Source of the DNA: Acidimicrobiia bacterium
Lineage (GTDB): Bacteria; Actinomycetota; Acidimicrobiia; Spongiisociales; ZC4RG35
Length of the DNA: 64,000 nt
NCBI GenBank assembly: GCA_965215185.1
Contig: OZ244034.1
Location: 2,144,001 to 2,208,000, forward strand
Reading direction: 5' to 3'
Positions 29,035 through 38,546 of the stretch are shown here, piece by piece. Position numbers and translations under genes: made by a program. The number at the start of each line of letters is the position of its first letter. Position 1 is the first letter of the stretch. A model generated the notes under the pieces. That model made no database searches, was not told where the DNA came from, and saw only the letters and a program-made list of their open reading frames with translations.

Positions 29035-29778
29035 TTGGCGGACGCCTCCGCCCTCATCTCTTTTGACGGGGTAAGCAAGACCTTCCCCGACGGCACCCAT
29101 GCGGTGGACAATGTGTCGTTTTCGGTCAAACCGGGCCAGTTTGTGACAGTGGTCGGCCCCTCGGGGTGTGGGAAATCCACCTTGTTACGGATGGGATCGG
29201 GACTCTTGTCAGCCAGTTCGGGCGAAATCCACCGGGCGGAAGGCACCCTGGGATACGTTTTTCAGGACGCCACCCTATTGCCGTGGAGGACCGTGCAAAA
29301 GAACGTGGAATTATTCTGCGAGCTGCGGGGATTGGGCCGCAGCGACCGCCGCCAAAGAGCAAAGGACGCCATCGAACTGGTGGGGCTGGGCGGATTCAGT
29401 CGTCACTACCCGGCAGCTCTGTCGGGCGGCATGAGGATGCGGGTCTCTTTGGCGAGGTCCCTCACCCTCGATCCGCCCTTGTTCTTCTTCGATGAACCGT
29501 TCGGCGCTCTCGATGAGATCACCCGGGAATACCTAAACGCCGAGTTGCTCCGCATCTTCGCCCTGGAGGGATTCGGTGCGGTGTTCATCACCCACAATCT
29601 CTATGAGGCGGTGTTCCTCTCCACCGAAGTCCTGGTTATGTCCTCACGACCCGGGCGGATCCTCAAATCCTTCCAGGTCCCCTTTCCCTATCCCCGCGAC
29701 CTGGATCTGCGCTTCGACCCGGCCTTCGCCGAGCTGACCGGGGAAGTCTCCACGGTGCTGAGGGACGAGGAACATTAG
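29035..29778 (+). CDS. ABC transporter ATP-binding protein (NitT/TauT family)
   Basis: GPSGCGKST, VFQD..LLPW, LSGGM, DEPFGALD. Confidence 0.95.
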   Translation: MADASALISFDGVSKTFPDGTHAVDNVSFSVKPGQFVTVVGPSGCGKSTLLRMGSGLLSASSGEIHRAEGTLGYVFQDATLLPWRTVQKNVELFCELRGLGRSDRRQRAKDAIELVGLGGFSRHYPAALSGGMRMRVSLARSLTLDPPLFFFDEPFGALDEITREYLNAELLRIFALEGFGAVFITHNLYEAVFLSTEVLVMSSRPGRILKSFQVPFPYPRDLDLRFDPAFAELTGEVSTVLRDEEH

Positions 29779-30582
29779 ATGACCATGCCCCGCCACACTT
29801 CTCGCCTGCGTACTTCCGCCTGGCGTGTAGCGCCGCCCATCCTGGTTCTCCTGGCGGTTGTGGGCATCTGGTACGCCATTAGCCTGAGCCTGCACCCTGA
29901 TCGGCAGTTCTTGCTACCCACCCCCAACGAAGTCATCGATGTCGGCTTTGTCAATCAGCAAAATCTCTTCCAAGTGCTGGAGGGGCTGCTTTGGACCCTG
30001 GCGGTTTCGATGTCGGGGCTGCTCATAGCCATTGTGCTGGGAATGACCTCGGCCATTTTCATGAGTCAGGCCAAATGGGTAGAGACTTCCTTCTATCCCT
30101 ATGCAGTGGTTATCCAGACCGTCCCCATCTTGGCGATCGTTCCCCTGGTAGGCCTGTGGCTTGGGTTCGGCTTCACCAGCCGGGTGGTGGTGTGTGTGAT
30201 TATTTCCATCTTCCCGATCATCACCAACACCCTCTTCGGGATGCAATCGGCTCCCGCTTCTTTCCACGACCTCTTCACCCTTCACCGGGCAAACCGGTTC
30301 ACCCGCCTGATCAAATTGCAGTTTCCCAACGCTCTTCCCGCCATCTTCGCCGGGTTCCGCATTTCCGCCGGACTGTCAGTGATCGGCGCCATAGTAGGGG
30401 AGTTTTTCTTCCGAAAGGGAATCCCCGGATTGGGTAGGCTGCTCGATCTATATCGGGCGCGGCTGCTGACCGAGCAACTATTCACAGCCCTGTTTTTCTC
30501 CTCCCTGCTGGGGATCCTAGTCTTTTGGGGGTTCGGGCTGCTCGGCAAACTCGCAGTTGGCAAATGGCACGAAACCACCTGA
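29779..30582 (+). CDS. ABC transporter permease (NitT/TauT family)
   Basis: Multiple TM helices, LPTP, QFPNALPAIFAG, GAIVGEF. Confidence 0.93.
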   Translation: MTMPRHTSRLRTSAWRVAPPILVLLAVVGIWYAISLSLHPDRQFLLPTPNEVIDVGFVNQQNLFQVLEGLLWTLAVSMSGLLIAIVLGMTSAIFMSQAKWVETSFYPYAVVIQTVPILAIVPLVGLWLGFGFTSRVVVCVIISIFPIITNTLFGMQSAPASFHDLFTLHRANRFTRLIKLQFPNALPAIFAGFRISAGLSVIGAIVGEFFFRKGIPGLGRLLDLYRARLLTEQLFTALFFSSLLGILVFWGFGLLGKLAVGKWHETT

Positions 30583-31959
30583 CCTGCCTTGCGCAGAGCC
30601 CTGTACATCGACTAAACCTACATCAACCATTGTTACGAACGAAAGGAGCCTCGCTCATGAAAACGACTCGAAAGGTACCTAGATGGCTGGCCGCCTTGGC
30701 CGTCCTGGCAGGTACCTGAAGATGTCGTCGCAAGAACCGTGATGTGGGACCCCGCCGTCTACTCCTTTACGAAAGGAGCCTCGCTCATGAAAACGACTGG
30801 CTGGCCGCCTTGGCCGTCCTGGCATTGGTGGCCTCGGCCTGCGGAGACGGCGACGATGAAGATGTCGTCGCACCTACCACCCTCCCTCCAACCACCGCCG
30901 CCGCTCCCACCACTACCGAAGCGGCAATGCCGGATGTTGCTTTGAGTGATGTGTGTCCGAATCCGATCGTGGTTCAGACCGACTGGTTCCCCGAGGCTGA
31001 GCATTCGGAGTTGTATCAGTTGGCCGGGCCCGGTGGTGAAATCGACTCGGAGAACGGGACTTACACCAGCGAGATCGACGGCACCGGTGTGATGCTGGAA
31101 GTCCGCGCCGGTGGTCCGTACATCGGTTTCCAAAACGACGTTTCGCTCCTATATCAAGATCCCGACATTCATCTGGCGTACACAAACACCGACGAGCAGG
31201 TAAGACTGTCCGCTTCGCAGCCGACTGTCGGAATCGTTGCGCCTCGTGACAAGAACCCCCAGATCGTGATGTGGGACCCCGCCGTCTACTCCTTTGACAG
31301 CTTTGCTGACATCGGAGCGTCGGGAGCCACGCTTCTCTACTTTGAGGGCGCCACCTACATCGACTATCTGTTGGGCAAGGGCTGGGTATCCCAGGACCAG
31401 ATCGACTCCTCCTATGACGGGTCCCCGGCGAGGTTCATCGCCGAGGGGAACCTGGTTCAGCAGGGATTCGCATCCGCCGAGCCTTTCCAGTACCAGAACG
31501 AGTTCGAAGACTGGGGCAAGCCCGTCGACTTCATGCTGATCCACGACTCCGGTCTGGAGATGTACCCGCAGTTGCTGGCCACCAAGCCCGACATCGTTGA
31601 GCAGTATCGGGACTGTTGGGAACTGTTCGTGCCCATGGTGCAGCAGGCCCAGGTGGACTACGCCGCCGATCCCGCCGCTACCAACGCTCAGATCGTAGAG
31701 ATCGTGGCCGCGCTGAACAGCTTCTGGCAGTACAGCCCCGGAGTGGCGCAGTACTCACATGACGCTCAGTTGGAACTCGGGTTGATCGGCAACGGACCCA
31801 ACGACACCATCGGCGACTTCGACATGGATCGAACCAACGAGGTGATCGCGCTTCTCGACGAGATCTACGGCCCGCAAGGACTGAATTCAGACCTACGACC
31901 CGAACGTGACCGCCACCGACATCGCCACCAACGAAATTCATCGACCCCAGCATCGGACT

Positions 31960-32290
31960 CGCTCCTATATCAAGATCCCGACATTCATCTGGCGTACACA
32001 AACACCGACGAGCAGGTAAGACTGTCCGCTTCGCAGCCGACTGTCGGAATCGTTGCGCCTCGTGACAAGAACCCCCAGATCGTGATGTGGGACCCCGCCG
32101 TCTACTCCTTTGACAGCTTTGCTGACATCGGAGCGTCGGGAGCCACGCTTCTCTACTTTGAGGGCGCCACCTACATCGACTATCTGTTGGGCAAGGGCTG
32201 GGTATCCCAGGACCAGATCGACTCCTCCTATGACGGGTCCCCGGCGAGGTTCATCGCCGAGGGGAACCTGGTTCAGCAGGGATTCGCATC
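31960..32290 (+). repeat. direct duplicate of ~31144-31474
   Basis: cgctcctatatcaagatcccg...cagggattcgcatc appears twice, identical by eye. Confidence 0.9.
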
Positions 32291-32393
32291 GAGCCTTTCC
32301 GCCGAGGCCACCCACTTCTCCACCCGCAGGTGGAAAGATCGTAATCCGGGCCACCGACGCCGGTTACCACTCAAAAAGGTAGCTTCCTGCGGA

Positions 32394-32588
32394 TGACGCT
32401 CAGTTGGAACTCGGGTTGATCGGCAACGGACCCAACGACACCATCGGCGACTTCGACATGGATCGAACCAACGAGGTGATCGCGCTTCTCGACGAGATCT
32501 ACGGCCCGCAAGGACTGCAGACCTACGACCCGAACGTGACCGCCACCGACATCGCCACCAACGAATTCATCGACCCCAGCATCGGACT
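32394..32588 (+). repeat. direct duplicate of ~31760-31959
   Basis: gacgctcagttggaactc...catcggact appears twice; the first copy has small insertions (aatt, a). Confidence 0.9.
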
Positions 32589-32620
32589 GCCGTAACCGGG
32601 GAAGAAGAAACACTGACAGC

Positions 32621-32649
32621 AGAAGGGGCCCCAACTTGGGGCCCCTTCT
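32621..32649. terminator. palindromic, probably bidirectional terminator between convergent genes
   Basis: agaaggggccccaa-c-ttggggccccttct followed by ctcttt. Confidence 0.8.
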
Positions 32650-32670
32650 CTCTTTAATATGTGGCTTCTG

Positions 32671-33447
32671 TTAGCTCCTAGCGTCGCGCCAGGCCACCCA
32701 CTTCTCCAGGGTGGAAAGATCGTAATCCGGGCCACCGACGGTTACCACCAAAAAGGTAGCTCCTGCGGACACATAATCTTCTCCCACCGATGCCGGTTCG
32801 CCTTCAACCGAACATGATCGTTCTACCTCGGCCGGATCACGCCCCTCCACTTCACACCAGCGGTCGATCACCGCGCTCTTGTGGGCGACGGTTTCCGGAG
32901 TTCCGAACCCGTGCCAGATATCGCCGTGGCGGGCCACCAGCCTGAGGGTCTTTTTTTCTCCCATACCTCCAATGAGGATGGGGATCTTTCGCAGCGGAGG
33001 TGGGTTGAGCTTTTTCCAACGAGCTTCGATCCGCGGCAAAGCAGAAGCCAGATCGTCGAGGCGGCCCACCGCGGTTCCGAACTCGTACCCGTAGGAGTCA
33101 TAGTCGAAGCGAAACCATCCCGACCCGATGCCGAGAATGACTCGACCTCCCGATATGTGATCGACGGTGCGAGCCATATCTGCCAGCAGGTCCGGGTTCC
33201 GATAGGAGTTGCAGGTGACCAGGGCGCCAATCTCCACCCGGCTGGTGGATTCCGCCCAAGCTCCCAACATGGTCCAGCATTCGAAATGCTTGCCTCTTGC
33301 ATCCCCATAAAGCGGATAGAAATGATCCCAGTTGAAAACCACATCTGCCCCGATCTCTTCGGCTCTTTGGGCTGTGGAGCGGATAACAGAGTACTCAGCA
33401 TGCTGGGGTTGTAGTTGCAACCCGATTCTGATCGGATAGTTGTTCAT
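32671..33447 (-). CDS. LLM class F420-dependent oxidoreductase
   Basis: FNWDHFYP, GALVTCNSYRNP, DHISGGRVILGIGSGW, ILIGG.GEKKTL. Confidence 0.92.
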   Translation of the reverse strand: MNNYPIRIGLQLQPQHAEYSVIRSTAQRAEEIGADVVFNWDHFYPLYGDARGKHFECWTMLGAWAESTSRVEIGALVTCNSYRNPDLLADMARTVDHISGGRVILGIGSGWFRFDYDSYGYEFGTAVGRLDDLASALPRIEARWKKLNPPPLRKIPILIGGMGEKKTLRLVARHGDIWHGFGTPETVAHKSAVIDRWCEVEGRDPAEVERSCSVEGEPASVGEDYVSAGATFLVVTVGGPDYDLSTLEKWVAWRDARS

Positions 33448-33489
33448 CTTCTCCTCTTGGTTTCTGATAACCCGAACCTTAACCGGCCT

Positions 33490-34626
33490 CTAACCCAGAT
33501 TAGCCGCAGTGTCATGGGCAAGCATATCCACCACCTGCTTAAGGGCCTCCTCCTGGGTAGCTCCGCTGTGAAGGGCGCGGCGAAAAACCCACAACTGATG
33601 CTCTGCCGAGGTGCCGTCCATCACTATCCGGCGGACATGCTGCAGCTCCTTGACACACCCCAACCGCTCCGCTTCCGGCATCAGAACGGCTATCAACTCC
33701 TCTACCAACTCGGAAAAGGGAACCAGGCTGCGTCGCCCCAAGTCCATCAGCGACCCCGTGGAGCCGTACCGCTGCGCCAACCACACGTTCTCCTCCAATA
33801 GGAATGGCAGGTAGGAACGCCACTTTTGGTTCTTGGTCCTCAACCGATAGAGCATCCTCAGCAGGCAGACATACACGGTGGCCACCGCTATCGCATCATC
33901 GATCTTGGTGCAGATGTCGGTGACCCGCATCTCCAAGGTTGGGTAGTTGCTGCTAGGTCTGATATCCCACCAGACCTCACTCGGGCTTTGGATCACTCCT
34001 GCGGCGATCAGGACGTCAATGTGACGTTGATATTCGCTCCAACTATCGAACAATTCCGGGTGGCGAGTGCGCGGCATCCCATGTCTCACATACAGGCGAT
34101 AACACTTCAGTCCGGTGTCTTTCCCTCCCCAAAAGGGGGAGGAGGTGCTCAAGGCCAACAGGTGGGCCAGAAAGTAGGAGACCTGTCCCATCAGATCGAT
34201 GCGCAGGTCCCGATCCTCTATCCCCACATGGACATGCATGCCGCAGATCACCATCCGACGGGCGAGGGACCGCACCCTTGCTTCCAGCATCAAATAGCGT
34301 TCCCCTACCGACACTTTCTGGTCCCACCACTGGGCGAAAGGATGGGTGGAGGCGGCGATCACTTCCATCCCGTATTCCCGAGCCACCCCTATCACCGTTC
34401 TCCGCAGAAAGCGAAGATCATCTCCCAGGGCAGTGATGGAAGAGTAGGGCCTGGTGCTCACCTCGATCTGGGAACGCAACAACTCATGGGTAACCCGCTC
34501 TCCCAGCAGTTCCTGGCATCTATCGAACATCGCCAGGTCGGGATCGGAGACGAGGTCTCTCGTCTCGGGGTCGACCAACATGTACTCCTCTTCGATCCCC
34601 ACCGTAAACGAGGGCCTATCCATCAT
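33490..34626 (-). CDS. carboxylate-amine ligase (glutamate-cysteine ligase 2, YbdK family), copy A
   Basis: GIEEEY, SQIE, STHPF, GMHVHVG, SSPFW, WWDIRP, TLEMR; RBS GGAAGGAG. Confidence 0.93.
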   Translation of the reverse strand: MMDRPSFTVGIEEEYMLVDPETRDLVSDPDLAMFDRCQELLGERVTHELLRSQIEVSTRPYSSITALGDDLRFLRRTVIGVAREYGMEVIAASTHPFAQWWDQKVSVGERYLMLEARVRSLARRMVICGMHVHVGIEDRDLRIDLMGQVSYFLAHLLALSTSSPFWGGKDTGLKCYRLYVRHGMPRTRHPELFDSWSEYQRHIDVLIAAGVIQSPSEVWWDIRPSSNYPTLEMRVTDICTKIDDAIAVATVYVCLLRMLYRLRTKNQKWRSYLPFLLEENVWLAQRYGSTGSLMDLGRRSLVPFSELVEELIAVLMPEAERLGCVKELQHVRRIVMDGTSAEHQLWVFRRALHSGATQEEALKQVVDMLAHDTAANLG

Positions 34627-34739
34627 GCCGCTCCTTCCCATTGATCCGTACTGTGGAGAAGGATATTCCCCTTCCTCCTCCTCGACTCGCGCCGGAGGCA
34701 TTCAGTTTTGCCCATCAGGGGAGCCCGAGTTGAAGCCCG

Positions 34740-35879
34740 CTACGCCAAATTGGCGGCGGTGTTGGCGGCAAGTGTGTCCACCACCTTCACCAGGGCTTCC
34801 TGCTCGGTGGCGCCACTGTTGAGCGCCCGGCGGAATGCCCACAATTGCCGCTCGGCGGAGGTGCCGTCCTTCACTATCTGCCGCACATGCTGCAACTCGC
34901 TTACGCACCCTATCTCCTCGGCTTCGGGCAGCACCAAGGCGATCATCTCCTCCGCCAACTCGGAGAATGGCACCAGGCGTCTAAGCCCGAAGTCCAGCAG
35001 GGACCCAGTCGACCCATACCTCTGAGCCCGCCAGACGTTCTCATCGAGCAGGAAAGTGGCGTAGGACCGCCAACGCTGGTTGTCGGCCCTCAGACGGAAC
35101 AGCATGCTGAGCAGACATACATAGACCGCTGCTATTGCCAAGGCGTCCTCAATTTTGGTACACACATCGGTGACGCGCATCTCCAAAGTGGGATACCTGG
35201 CGCTGGGACGCACATCCCACCACACTTTGGTGGCGTCCTCGATGATCCCCGCTCCCACTAGTACATCGACGTGCCTCTGATAGGCGCTCCAACTTTCGAA
35301 AGCCTCGGGAAGGCCGGTGCGGGGGAAACTTCGGAACACGTTGACCCGATAGCTCTTCAGCCCGGTGTCGTTTCCTCCCCAAAATGGCGAGGAGGTGCTC
35401 AGTGCCAGTAGGTGGGCTAGAAAGTAGGTGATCTGTCCCATCAGATCGATGCGCAGTTCGGGGTCTTCGATGCCCACATGGACATGCATCCCCCCGGTCA
35501 CCATCCGACGGGCTACGGCCTGCATGTCTCCGGCCAGCATCAGGTACCGCTCGTCCGGCACCACCTGCTGTGTCCACCACTGCGCGAAAGGGTGAGTGGA
35601 AGAGGCGATCACCGCCATCCCGTATTCCCCGGCGGTGTCAACCACCGTCTTGCGCAGATATCGAAGGTTCTCACCCAAATCCTGCAGAGAGGCGAAGGGA
35701 TTGGTGCTCACCTCAATCTGGGAGCGCAACAACTCATGGGTAACCCGCTCTCCCAGCAGTTCCTTGCACCTGCCGAACATCGCCGGGTCAGGATCGGAGA
35801 TGAGATCTCTTGTCTGGGGATCGACCAACATGTATTCTTCTTCGATTCCCAGGGTAAAAGAAGGTCTTTGTAGAGTCAT
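34740..35879 (-). CDS. carboxylate-amine ligase (YbdK family), copy B
   Basis: Same motifs as copy A, plus canonical PRTGLP. Confidence 0.94.
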   Translation of the reverse strand: MTLQRPSFTLGIEEEYMLVDPQTRDLISDPDPAMFGRCKELLGERVTHELLRSQIEVSTNPFASLQDLGENLRYLRKTVVDTAGEYGMAVIASSTHPFAQWWTQQVVPDERYLMLAGDMQAVARRMVTGGMHVHVGIEDPELRIDLMGQITYFLAHLLALSTSSPFWGGNDTGLKSYRVNVFRSFPRTGLPEAFESWSAYQRHVDVLVGAGIIEDATKVWWDVRPSARYPTLEMRVTDVCTKIEDALAIAAVYVCLLSMLFRLRADNQRWRSYATFLLDENVWRAQRYGSTGSLLDFGLRRLVPFSELAEEMIALVLPEAEEIGCVSELQHVRQIVKDGTSAERQLWAFRRALNSGATEQEALVKVVDTLAANTAANLA

Positions 35880-35996
35880 ACTGCCTTCCTATATCAACAC
35901 TGATATTGAGGATATCCGTTCGTTTCAATCCTGAATACAAACGATGCGTTTTCCGAGTGCAACATTAGACGAATCGCAGCAACTTCACGTCAGGTT

Positions 35997-36002
35997 TAGA
36001 AT
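35997..36002 (+). promoter_or_regulatory. -10 box for a probably leaderless transcript
   Basis: TAGAAT lies 7 nt before the GTG at 36010. Confidence 0.55.
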
Positions 36003-36009
36003 CTCCGGC

Positions 36010-36939
36010 GTGATTCCCCATCTCGACCGTCCTGCCCTGGCCAGGCTGGCCCCCTATGGCCGACTGGCCGAACACCTTTACCAGAGCCACCTCAAACCCA
36101 AGGCTCATATCAGGAGGGTTGTGTATTCACCACCGGGGGACGAGCAGGTCTTCATGGGTCTTCCCGCTTGGCAACCGGGAGATTCATTGGGGGTGAAGTT
36201 GGCAACCGTGTTCCCCGAGAACCCGAGCGCCCGGGGGATTCCCTCTGTGCAGGCGGTGTACGTGCTGTTCGACGGCACCACCGGTACCCCTCTGGCGATC
36301 ATGGACGGCACCGAACTTACCTACCGGAAGACCTCGGCCGACTCGGCGCTTGGCTCCCGTCTTTTGTCGAGACCCGATAGCCACACTCTTTTGATGGTGG
36401 GCGCCGGCGGACTGGCTCCCCATTTGATTGCCGCCCACCGGGAGGTCCGGCCTTCCCTTGAACGGGTGCTGATCTGGAACCGCACTCGATCAAAGGCTGC
36501 AGAAATAGCCGCTGCGCTGGGTGCGGAGGTTGTCGATGACCTGAATGAAGCAATCTCTGTGGCTGACATCATCTCCACCGCAACCATGGCGCCCGAACCG
36601 CTTATCTCGGGAGAACTACTCAGCCCGGGTACCCATCTTGATCTGGTGGGCGCCTTTCTCCCTCATATGCGGGAGGTGGACGATGAGGTGATCCGACGGG
36701 CGACCATCTTCGTTGATTCCAGGGACGCGGCGGTCCACGAGTGCGGCGATCTGGTCATCCCGCTCGAATCCGGTCTCATTACCGAAGACGACATCCAGGC
36801 CGACCTATTCCAACTGTGTCGGGGAGATCACCCCGGCCGCCAGCATCCAAACCAGATCACCCTCTTCGAGAACGGCGGTGGTGGTCATCTCGACCTAATG
36901 ACCGCCACCTTCATCCGACAGCAGAGCAACGACTTCTAG
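36010..36939 (+). CDS. ornithine cyclodeaminase / mu-crystallin family
   Basis: GVKLATVFPEN, DGTELTYRKT, VGAGGLA, IWNRT, HLDLVGAF. Confidence 0.92.
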   Translation: MIPHLDRPALARLAPYGRLAEHLYQSHLKPKAHIRRVVYSPPGDEQVFMGLPAWQPGDSLGVKLATVFPENPSARGIPSVQAVYVLFDGTTGTPLAIMDGTELTYRKTSADSALGSRLLSRPDSHTLLMVGAGGLAPHLIAAHREVRPSLERVLIWNRTRSKAAEIAAALGAEVVDDLNEAISVADIISTATMAPEPLISGELLSPGTHLDLVGAFLPHMREVDDEVIRRATIFVDSRDAAVHECGDLVIPLESGLITEDDIQADLFQLCRGDHPGRQHPNQITLFENGGGGHLDLMTATFIRQQSNDF

Positions 36940-37040
36940 AGACCACCCTCACGACAACACCCACTAACTCGCGAAACTGGTGGTTGAATTTGGGCTTTCG
37001 GGCCCTCCCCCACCACCACCGCCATCAGTTTGAGAATCGC

Positions 37041-37082
37041 AAAGCCGGCACCGCCCTAGTAGGGGTGGTGGTTTGGCTTTTT
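37041..37082 (+). terminator. imperfect hairpin with T tail
   Basis: aaagcc..caccgccc-tagta-ggggtggtg..ggcttttt. Confidence 0.4.
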
Positions 37083-37227
37083 GAACCTCAAGGCTAAACG
37101 GTCCGTGGAGCTCCTGGTCGGGACCGCAGGTTGTTTGTGTAGCTTCGGTCAGTATGACTCAGCACTGGGTGATGGGTCAACTCCTGATCGGCGGGGATTT
37201 TTCGCGGTATTCGGAGTTTCTTCACCG

Positions 37228-38393
37228 TCAGGATACCTTCGTGCCTCTCCGATAGAAAGAGCCCGTGCCGTGGGAGTGGGTTTCACGACGACGACCATCG
37301 ACGACGAGGGGTGGTCGCAGCGAAAACCTCCCATCGGGGGTTTGGTGGATCTGCCACCTGGCATCATGAACCTGATGGTGGCAACGACTGCATAACAGAC
37401 ACAGATTCTCGATGTCGGTTCGTCCCCCGGCCGACCAGTGGACGATGTGATGGGCTTGACACCAATCAGCAGGCGCCCCACACCCTATGCACCCCTGACC
37501 CCGTACTATCAGCGCCGCCCGCTGGCTGGCGGTGGCGAGCCTCCTGGTCCGCCCCATACGCAATGGCTGGCTCGGGGTCTTAGAAGATGGCTGGCAATAC
37601 CTCGACGTCACAGGCCAGCTTATGCAATTCCCCCACCGGGAGAGGCGGTCCGCCGCTGAGAAGGGGACTTCCGATCCTTTTTGCCACCATGTCGTACTCG
37701 GCGATCAACAGCAGGGTGATACCCTGCAGCCCTCCTTCACCGCCCTGGCGAGTGAGCAGAACCTCGAGGGCATCAGCCATTCGCTGTTCGCTGCTACGCC
37801 GAGCCCGTGGGTCTTCCCTTCGCCACATTTTGGAGGTCTGACGCGACAACGCCGCTCTCACCCGCGCTCCGACAACCGGATCGAAACGACCGTGAATCAC
37901 AGTCATCCCGTCGTTGAGATCTTCTGTTACCTTCAGATAGCGATTCTTCCTTTGCCGCTTCAGCAGCGACACACCCTCATCCCGAGATCTGTCCTGTTCG
38001 TGCTGCCGCACGCTGTTAGCGAACTGCTCCACCGGTTGGTGGGTAGCCAATTCCAGCAACTTGTGCTCGTCGATCTTTCCCCTGCTTGAGGCCTTGGCGA
38101 TGATCCCGGAATGGTCGTAAGTTATCTGGCCCCCATTCAAGGCCTCCCAAGTGTCTTGCAGCTTCAACAATTCCACCGCGGTCTCAGTCTCCACACGAGA
38201 GCGACGACGAGGTAGGCGGGCCACTCGCCGCAACGCTGACGACGCCTCCTCCGCACCCTCACCACGGTGCAACTCCGCCACTATCACCGCCCTGCGCGCC
38301 GCTATCCGCCGCCTCAGCCAAGCTGGTGGAACCCAAAGCTTCTTCCAACTCGGCCAGCGTTGCCTCCCGAACAAGAGCAGAAGACACTGACAC
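37228..38393 (-). pseudogene. DUF222 plus HNH endonuclease (13E12-like repeat family), two frameshifts
   Basis: GRFDP, RMADAL, LACD..VLP in one frame; GCIGC..WCQAHHIVHW..GG.TDIENLCLLC..CHH in another; N-terminus in a third. Breaks near 38305 and 37580. Confidence 0.85.
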
Positions 38394-38546
38394 ATCGACC
38401 CCGTAGGAACACCGGGTTGGCCATAGCTTGTGAGCCCATACCCACAATGTGCAACATGGGTGCGACAAACACCGGGCAAGATCACTAAGTTGGCACATTT
38501 CGGCCCTCCACCCGCCGCCGTCTCTGCTTCGAGTCCCTAACCGATC

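Larger units (their letters stand above)
30657..32595 (+). pseudogene. ABC substrate-binding lipoprotein (NMT1/THI5-like), sequence scrambled and internally duplicated
   Basis: AAAGGAG RBS and ATG at 30657; a lipobox (LVASAC) can be reconstructed. Body QTDWFPEAEH...ATNEFIDPSIGLP* ends at 32595. Duplicated and patchwork segments break the frame. Confidence 0.85.

Noticed and set aside
30657-32595. Diversity-generating retroelement or shufflon explaining the repeats
   Set aside because: There is no reverse transcriptase or recombinase, the duplicate copies lack adenine-specific substitutions, and there are no inverted recombination sites.
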